Part shown: piece by piece, positions 58,059-64,000 of the stretch
How positions within the stretch are numbered: the stretch's first letter is position 1
How the letters are laid out: every line of letters begins with the position of its first letter
Source of the DNA: Trueperaceae bacterium
GTDB taxonomy: Bacteria; Deinococcota; Deinococci; Deinococcales; Trueperaceae
Reading direction: 5' to 3'
Length of the DNA: 64,000 bases
Assembly (NCBI GenBank): GCA_034521815.1
Contig: JAXHLW010000013.1
Span: 192,001-256,000, forward strand
Made by a program: the position numbers and the translations under genes
The notes under the pieces: model-generated
Seen by the model: the letters and a program-made list of their open reading frames with translations, nothing else
Told to the model about the DNA's origin: nothing
The model's database searches: none

Positions 58059-60625
58059 GACGCGTCCTCGTCGTCGTCTTCGCCGTCGCGCCCGGACGCG
58101 TCGCTCTGCGTGGGGTCGCTCTGCGGGGCGATCTGCGTAGGGTCGATCTGCGCGGCGTCCAGCTGTGCCGACTCGACCTCGTCGCCGACCTCCTCGAGCT
58201 TCTCCTCGGCCAGCATGACCAGCGCCGAGACCACGCGGTCCTCCTCGCCCAGGCGCATGATCGTCACGCCTTGCGAGGCGCGGCCGTACGAGCTGACCTG
58301 CGCGACCTTGGTGCGGATCAGGATGCCGCCCTCGGACAGGACGAACAGCTCCTCGTCGCCCAGGACCGGGGCCAGCGTGACCAGCGAGCCGGTCTTCGGC
58401 GTCACGCGGAGCGTGATGACGCCCATCCCTCCCCGGCCGCGCAACGGATAGTCGGTGAGCCTCGTGCGCTTGCCGTAGCCACGCTCGGAGACGGCGAGCA
58501 GCTCGGCGACGTCGCGCTCGTCGGGGCCGGTCGTGGCCAGGCTGACGACGACGTCCCCCTCGCGGAGGCGGATGCCGATCACGCCCTGCGTCGCGCGGCC
58601 GGTGTCGCGGACCGCGGACTCCTCGAAGCGGATCGCCTGTCCGTCGCGCGTGGCGAGGACGACGTCGTGCTGGCCCTCGGTCACCCGCACGGCGACCAGG
58701 TGGTCGCCGTCGACGAGGTTGATCGCGATGAGCCCGGCGGCGTTGATGTTGGCGTACTCGCGGAGCGCGGTGCGCTTGACGAGGCCCTGACGGGTCGCGA
58801 ACACGAAGTAGCCTTGGGCGCCGAAGTCCTTGATCGACAGCACCGTCTGCACGGTCTCGTCGTCGTCCAGCGGCAGCAGGTTGCGGACGTGGCTGCCGCG
58901 CGCGGCGCGCTCGGCTTCGGGCAGATCGTAGATCTTCTCGCGATGCACCCGGCCGCGATCGGTGAAGAACAGCAGGTAGTCGTGCGTCGAGCCCACCAGC
59001 AGCAGGCTGTTGACGTCGTCCTCCTTGGCACGCTGGCTGCTGACGCCGCGCCCGCCGCGCGACTGGGCCCGGTACGAGCTCAGGGCCGTGCGCTTGATGT
59101 AGCCGCCCCGCGTGAGGGTGACGACCATCGCCTCCTCGGCGATCAGGTCCTCCTTGCCGATGTCGTCCGACAGGCGTCCGACCTGCGTGCGGCGCGCGTC
59201 GCCGAAGCGCTCCTTGATGTCGAGCAGCTCGGCCTCGACCACGCCCCACAGCTCGGTGGCGTCGCCCAGGATCGTCTCGAGACGACCGATCAGCTCCTGC
59301 AGCTCGGCGTACTCGCTCTCGATCTTGGCGCGCTCCAGGCCGGTGAGGCGCTGCAGGCGCATGTCCAGAACCGCCTGCGCCTGGGCCTCGCTCAGGCCGA
59401 AGCGCTCCATCAGGCCCGTCCGCGCGGCGGGGCCGTCGGGCGAGCGGCGGATCAGCGCGATGACCTCGTCGAGGTTGTCCAGCGCGATCAGGTACCCCTC
59501 GAGCACGTGCGCGCGCTCGCGCGCCTTGCGCAGCTCGTACTCGGTGCGCCGCTGGATCACGTCGGCCCGGTGGTCGAGGTAGTGCCGCATCGTGTCCGCG
59601 AGCGGCAGCAGCCGCGGCGAGCGGCCCACGATCAGCACGTTGTTGATCGCGAAGGTGGACTGAAGCTGGGTGTACTTGTACAGCTGGTTCAGCACCAGCT
59701 CGGGGAAGGCGCCCTTCTTGAGCTCGAACACGATCCGCATGCCTTGACGGTCGGACTCGTCGCGGATGTTCGAGATGTCCTCGATCTTCTTCGAGCGCAC
59801 CAGCTGCGCAGCCGTCTGGATCAGGCTGGTCTTGTTCACCTGGTAGGGAATCTCGGTCACCACGATGGCGGCCTTCGCGCCGCGATCCTCGATCCGGGCG
59901 CGGCCACGGACGCGGATCGAGCCTCGGCCGGTCTCGTACGCCAGGCGGATCCCCTCGGTGCCGATGATGCCGCCGGTCGGGAAGTCGGGGCCCTTGACGT
60001 GGGTCATGAGCTCGTCCAGCGACAGGTTCGGGTCGCGGATCAGCGCGACCAGGCCGCCGATGATCTCGTTCAGGTTGTGGGGCGCGATGTTGGTCGCCAT
60101 GCCCACGGCGATGCCCGACGCGCCGTTCACCAGCAGGTTCGGGAAGGAGGAGGGCAGCACCTCGGGCTCGCTGGTCGTGCCGTCGTAGTTCTCGCGGTCG
60201 TCGACCGTCTCCTTGTCGATGTCGACCAGCAGAGACTCGGCGACCTTCGTCAGGCGCGCCTCGGTGTACCGGTAGGCGGCCGCAGGGTCGCCGTCGATCG
60301 ATCCGAAGTTGCCCTGGCCGTCGACCAGCGGGTAGCGCACGTTCCACGGCTGCGCCATCCGCACCATCGCGTCGTACACGGCGGAGTCGCCGTGCGGGTG
60401 GTACTTCTTGATCACCTCGCCGACGACGCCGGCGGACTTCGAGTGCTTACGGTTGCTTGCCAGGCCCTCTTGCTGCATCGCATAGAGGATCCGCCGCTGG
60501 ACGGGCTTGAGCCCGTCGCGGACGTCGGGCAGGGCCCGGTCCACGATCACCGACATGGCGTAGTTGATGAAGCTCGTCTTGATCTCGTCCGTGATCTGGA
60601 CGGGGACGACCTGTCCTTCGTTCAA
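58055..60625 (-). CDS. gyrA: DNA gyrase subunit A
   Basis: [26 protein letters not shown], GyrA box QSRGGRG. Confidence 0.97.
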   Translation of the reverse strand: MNEGQVVPVQITDEIKTSFINYAMSVIVDRALPDVRDGLKPVQRRILYAMQQEGLASNRKHSKSAGVVGEVIKKYHPHGDSAVYDAMVRMAQPWNVRYPLVDGQGNFGSIDGDPAAAYRYTEARLTKVAESLLVDIDKETVDDRENYDGTTSEPEVLPSSFPNLLVNGASGIAVGMATNIAPHNLNEIIGGLVALIRDPNLSLDELMTHVKGPDFPTGGIIGTEGIRLAYETGRGSIRVRGRARIEDRGAKAAIVVTEIPYQVNKTSLIQTAAQLVRSKKIEDISNIRDESDRQGMRIVFELKKGAFPELVLNQLYKYTQLQSTFAINNVLIVGRSPRLLPLADTMRHYLDHRADVIQRRTEYELRKARERAHVLEGYLIALDNLDEVIALIRRSPDGPAARTGLMERFGLSEAQAQAVLDMRLQRLTGLERAKIESEYAELQELIGRLETILGDATELWGVVEAELLDIKERFGDARRTQVGRLSDDIGKEDLIAEEAMVVTLTRGGYIKRTALSSYRAQSRGGRGVSSQRAKEDDVNSLLLVGSTHDYLLFFTDRGRVHREKIYDLPEAERAARGSHVRNLLPLDDDETVQTVLSIKDFGAQGYFVFATRQGLVKRTALREYANINAAGLIAINLVDGDHLVAVRVTEGQHDVVLATRDGQAIRFEESAVRDTGRATQGVIGIRLREGDVVVSLATTGPDERDVAELLAVSERGYGKRTRLTDYPLRGRGGMGVITLRVTPKTGSLVTLAPVLGDEELFVLSEGGILIRTKVAQVSSYGRASQGVTIMRLGEEDRVVSALVMLAEEKLEEVGDEVESAQLDAAQIDPTQIAPQSDPTQSDASGRDGEDDDEDAS

Positions 60626-60896
60626 CGGGTCCCTCCTCGGGGGTCGGGCGGGGGTCGCGCTCCGGAGGCCGCGCCCCTATCGGGGCGGCCGGTCCGGGGC
60701 GTCGCGGCAACGGCGCAGTCTACCATTCCGCTGCGCACCTCGGTCCATTGGCGCGTGCGTCTGCGACGCACGAAACCGATTCCGGCCGGGAGCGGCTCGG
60801 CGGCCTCCGAGCGGTCGCGAGGCGGCCCGGCACGGTTGCCGTGAGGCGCCCGCCGTCGGCCCCGGCCGGCGCGGCGCACCGTGGTAGCGTTCCGCC

Positions 60897-62216
60897 ATGA
60901 TCGACCGCTACGGCACGCCGGAGACGACCGAGCTGTGGAGCGAGGCCCAGCGCTACCGGACCTGGCTCGAGGTCGAGCTGGCCGCCGTCGAAGCGTTCGA
61001 GGCCCTCGGCGACGTGCCCGCGGGAACCGGGGCCGAGCTTCGCGCCGCGTCGGCGGCGAGGCCGCTGGACGCCGCCTTCGCGGTCCGCGTGGCCGAGCTC
61101 GAGGCGGAGACGCGGCACGACATCGTCGCGTTCACGCGCGCGCTCACCGAGCGCTTCGGCGCGCCGGCCCGCTTCGTGCACCTCGGTCTGACCTCGACCG
61201 ACGTCGTCGACACCGCCCAGAACCTGTCGCTGCGCCGGGCGTGCGAGCTGATCGAGGACGATCTCGCTGCCCTGCGGAGCCGCCTTCGTGACCTGGCCCA
61301 GCGCTACCGTCACGCTCCCTGCATCGGCCGGACCCACGGCGTCCACGCCGAGCCGATGACGTTCGGCCTCAAGTTCGTGTCGTTCGATGCGGCGGCGGCG
61401 CGCGATCAGCGCCGCCTGGCCGCGGCGAAGCAGGCGGTGTCGGTCGCGATGCTGTCCGGATCGGTCGGGACGTACGCGCACGTGCCTCCCGAGGTCGAGG
61501 CCCGGGTCGCTGCGCGCCTGGGCCTGGCGGTGGACCCGGTCACGAACCAGACCGTGGCGCGCGACCGGCACGCCGAGCTTCTCGCCGCACTGGCGCTGAT
61601 CGGCACCACGATCGAGCGGATCGCGCTCGAGATCCGGCACCTGCAGCGCAGCGAGGTCCGCGAGGCGCGCGAGGGCTTCGCGAAGGGTCAGACCGGCTCG
61701 TCGTCGATGCCGCACAAGAAGAACCCGATCGCGTCGGAGAACCTGACCGGCGTCGCCCGGCTGCTTCGCGGCTACGTAGGCCCCGCGCTCGAGGACGTCG
61801 CGCTCTGGCACGAGCGCGACATCAGCCACAGCTCCGTCGAGCGGGTCGTGCTGCCCGACGCCACGACGTTGGCGTCGTACGCCCTGCGCAGGATCGGGCG
61901 GGTGCTGGACGGCCTGGTGGTGGACGAGGACCGGATGCGCGAGAACGTCGGCGCGCTGCACGGCCTGGTCTATTCGCAGCGCGTGCTGCACGCCCTGATC
62001 GAGGCGGGCGCGATGCGCGAGGAGGCGTACGCCGTCGTCCAGCGTCACGCGCTCAGGGTCTGGGAGGGCGAGGGCGAGCTGAAGACGTTGCTCGCGGACG
62101 ATCCCGAGGTGCCACTGAGCGACGCCCAGCTCGACGCGGCGTTCGACCCGGCCTGGTACCTCCGGCACGTCGACGCGATCTACGCCCGCAACGGGCTCGG
62201 AGAGGACCAGCGATGA
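60897..62216 (+). CDS. purB: Adenylosuccinate lyase
   Basis: [29 protein letters not shown]. Confidence 0.97.
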   Translation: MIDRYGTPETTELWSEAQRYRTWLEVELAAVEAFEALGDVPAGTGAELRAASAARPLDAAFAVRVAELEAETRHDIVAFTRALTERFGAPARFVHLGLTSTDVVDTAQNLSLRRACELIEDDLAALRSRLRDLAQRYRHAPCIGRTHGVHAEPMTFGLKFVSFDAAAARDQRRLAAAKQAVSVAMLSGSVGTYAHVPPEVEARVAARLGLAVDPVTNQTVARDRHAELLAALALIGTTIERIALEIRHLQRSEVREAREGFAKGQTGSSSMPHKKNPIASENLTGVARLLRGYVGPALEDVALWHERDISHSSVERVVLPDATTLASYALRRIGRVLDGLVVDEDRMRENVGALHGLVYSQRVLHALIEAGAMREEAYAVVQRHALRVWEGEGELKTLLADDPEVPLSDAQLDAAFDPAWYLRHVDAIYARNGLGEDQR

Positions 62217-62947
62217 CCGACGACGCACCGGCGCGCACGGAGCTGCGCTACGAAGGCAAGGCCAAGCGCGTGTACGCCACCTCCGACCCCGAGCTGTACC
62301 GGGTCGAGTACAAGGACGACGCGACGGCGTACAACGCGGCGAAGCGCGGGACGATCGCCGGGAAGGGCGAGATGAACGCCGCCATCACCGCCACCCTGAT
62401 GCGCCACCTCGAGGCGGAGGGGATCCGGACGCACTTCGTGGCGCAGCTCGGCCCGCGTGAGCAGCTCGTCCGCCGCGTCGAGATCGTTCCCGTGGAGGTG
62501 ATCGTCCGCAACCGGGCGGCCGGCAGCTTCGCCGCCCGCTACGGCGTCGAGGAGGGGCCGGCGCTCGATCCGATCGTGATCGAGTGGTGCCTGAAGAGCG
62601 ACGAGCTGGGCGATCCGCCGATGAACGACGCGACCGCCGTGGCGCTGGGGTTCGCCAGCGAGGACGAGCTCGAGGCGCTGTTCGAAGGGGCGATCGCGGT
62701 CAACGAGGCGTTGCGTTCGTTCTTCGAGGAGCGCGGCCTGGACCTGGTGGACTTCAAGCTGGAGTTCGGCACCGATGCGGATGGACGCCTGCTGCTGGCC
62801 GACGAGATCAGCCCCGACACCTGTCGGCTGTGGGACCTGGAGAGCGGCGAGCGCCTGGACAAGGACCGGTTCCGGCGCGATCTCGGCGGCGTCGAGGAGG
62901 CGTACCGCGAGGTGACGCGACGCGTCGTGGACGAGGCGTCGGCATGA
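62213..62947 (+). CDS. purC: SAICAR synthetase
   Basis: [29 protein letters not shown]. Confidence 0.97.
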   Translation: MTDDAPARTELRYEGKAKRVYATSDPELYRVEYKDDATAYNAAKRGTIAGKGEMNAAITATLMRHLEAEGIRTHFVAQLGPREQLVRRVEIVPVEVIVRNRAAGSFAARYGVEEGPALDPIVIEWCLKSDELGDPPMNDATAVALGFASEDELEALFEGAIAVNEALRSFFEERGLDLVDFKLEFGTDADGRLLLADEISPDTCRLWDLESGERLDKDRFRRDLGGVEEAYREVTRRVVDEASA

Positions 62948-63270
62948 GCGCGAAGAGTGCGAGCCGTACCCGGGCGCGCGTCACCGTGCGCCTCAAGCCG
63001 GCGATCCTCGATCCGCAGGGTCGTGCGGTCCAAGCGACGTTGCAGCGGCTGGGGTACGAGGGGATCGACGAGCTGCGCGTCGGCAAGATCGTCGAGTTCA
63101 CGATCGCCGGCGAGCCGGCCCAGGCCGAGGGCGAGGTGCGCCGTATCGCCGAGGAGGTGCTGGCCAATCCGGTGATGGAAGACGTCGAGATCGCGCTCGA
63201 GCCGGCCGACGCGGAAGCACCGAGCGACGCGGACGCACCGAGCGACGCGGACGCGCGCGGCGACGGGTAG
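62944..63270 (+). CDS. purS: FGAM synthase subunit PurS
   Basis: [21 protein letters not shown]. Confidence 0.93.
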   Translation: MSAKSASRTRARVTVRLKPAILDPQGRAVQATLQRLGYEGIDELRVGKIVEFTIAGEPAQAEGEVRRIAEEVLANPVMEDVEIALEPADAEAPSDADAPSDADARGDG

Positions 63271-63282
63271 GGGAGCGGCCTG

Positions 63283-64000
63283 GTGGCCAGGACGCAGCGC
63301 GACACCCGTGGCGACGATCCCCTGCACGTCTCGGTCGTCGCCCAGGCGGGGCCCGTCCGCGGTCGCGTGGCGGTGCTGCACGGCTTCGCCGAGCACGGTG
63401 GGCGCTACGGCGAGCTGGCGCGCACCTTCGCCGCGCAAGGGCTCGAGGTGCACGTCCTGGACCTTCGTGGACACGGCCTGAGCAGCGGCGTCCGGGCGCT
63501 GGTCCGCGACGTCTCCGAGACGGCGAACGACGTGGTCGTTCTCCTGGAGCGCCTTCGCGCGGCCGGCGGGCCGGTGCTCGGCTTCGGTCACAGCTTCGGC
63601 GGCGCGCTGATGCTGCGCGCGGCGCAGCTCCGGCCGGACCTGGTCGACGCGGTGGCGGTGACCGGACCGTACCTGAAGACCGCGCTGGACGATCCGCCGT
63701 GGCTGTTCGGCGTCGTCGACGTCGTATCGCGCGTCCTGCCGCTCGTCAGGGGCCGGCCGATCGACGCGACGGTGGTATCGACGATTCCGGCAGAGGTGAG
63801 GCGCTACGTCGACGATCCGCTCGTGGACGTCGGCGGCGTACGCCTGGCCAGCGTGCGCGAGCTGCACGCGCTGGGCCCGCGCGTGCTGGCCGACGCGGGC
63901 CGCCTGGTCACGCCCACCCTGATCGTGCACGGTGGCGCCGATCGGCTGTCCTCCCCACGGGGAAGCCGCGAGCTGCGTGACGGCGCCGGCGCCGACGACG
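63283..64000 (+). CDS. Alpha/beta hydrolase (lysophospholipase-like), truncated by the window end
   Basis: HGFAEHGGRY, DLRGHGLS, GHSFGG, VHGGAD. Confidence 0.88.
   Translation, partial: MARTQRDTRGDDPLHVSVVAQAGPVRGRVAVLHGFAEHGGRYGELARTFAAQGLEVHVLDLRGHGLSSGVRALVRDVSETANDVVVLLERLRAAGGPVLGFGHSFGGALMLRAAQLRPDLVDAVAVTGPYLKTALDDPPWLFGVVDVVSRVLPLVRGRPIDATVVSTIPAEVRRYVDDPLVDVGGVRLASVRELHALGPRVLADAGRLVTPTLIVHGGADRLSSPRGSRELRDGAGADD

Noticed and set aside
57120-60347. 1075-aa ORF, and similar long Arg/Pro/Ala-rich ORFs throughout the window
   Set aside because: High-GC off-frame extensions; the real gene starts at 58058 and the upstream part overlaps gyrA

Overview
High-GC bacterial chromosome segment. 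It is probably from Deinococcota (Truepera-like), judging by gene families and many leaderless TANNNT promoters. Left arm (1-13.1 kb): an HD-GYP protein and a ROK-regulated sugar ABC / Gfo-Idh-MocA / TIM-barrel isomerase / xylA-xylB cluster. Middle (13197-31722): an ~18.5 kb island integrated in tRNA-Asn(GTT), bounded by an exact 39-bp direct repeat. The island holds two tyrosine recombinases, a DUF3467-HicB-like-HicA-like three-gene module, a terminase nuclease-domain fragment, satellite-like micro-ORFs, five IS elements (IS30, IS5, IS1182, IS1380, IS4), a duplicated structured-RNA-like element and a secreted-protein/lipoprotein cassette. Most island genes are frameshifted while flanking genes are intact, which points to decay or low-coverage consensus errors. 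Right arm (31.7-64 kb): housekeeping genes including a P-type ATPase, site-2 protease, amidase, VUT transporter, tRNA-Pro, recX, tgt, proC, mce, ansA, an arg operon with a candidate Arg leader peptide, a Rad52-like gene, ftsE, gyrA and purB-purC-purS. All calls come from reading the sequence by eye; no searches were run.
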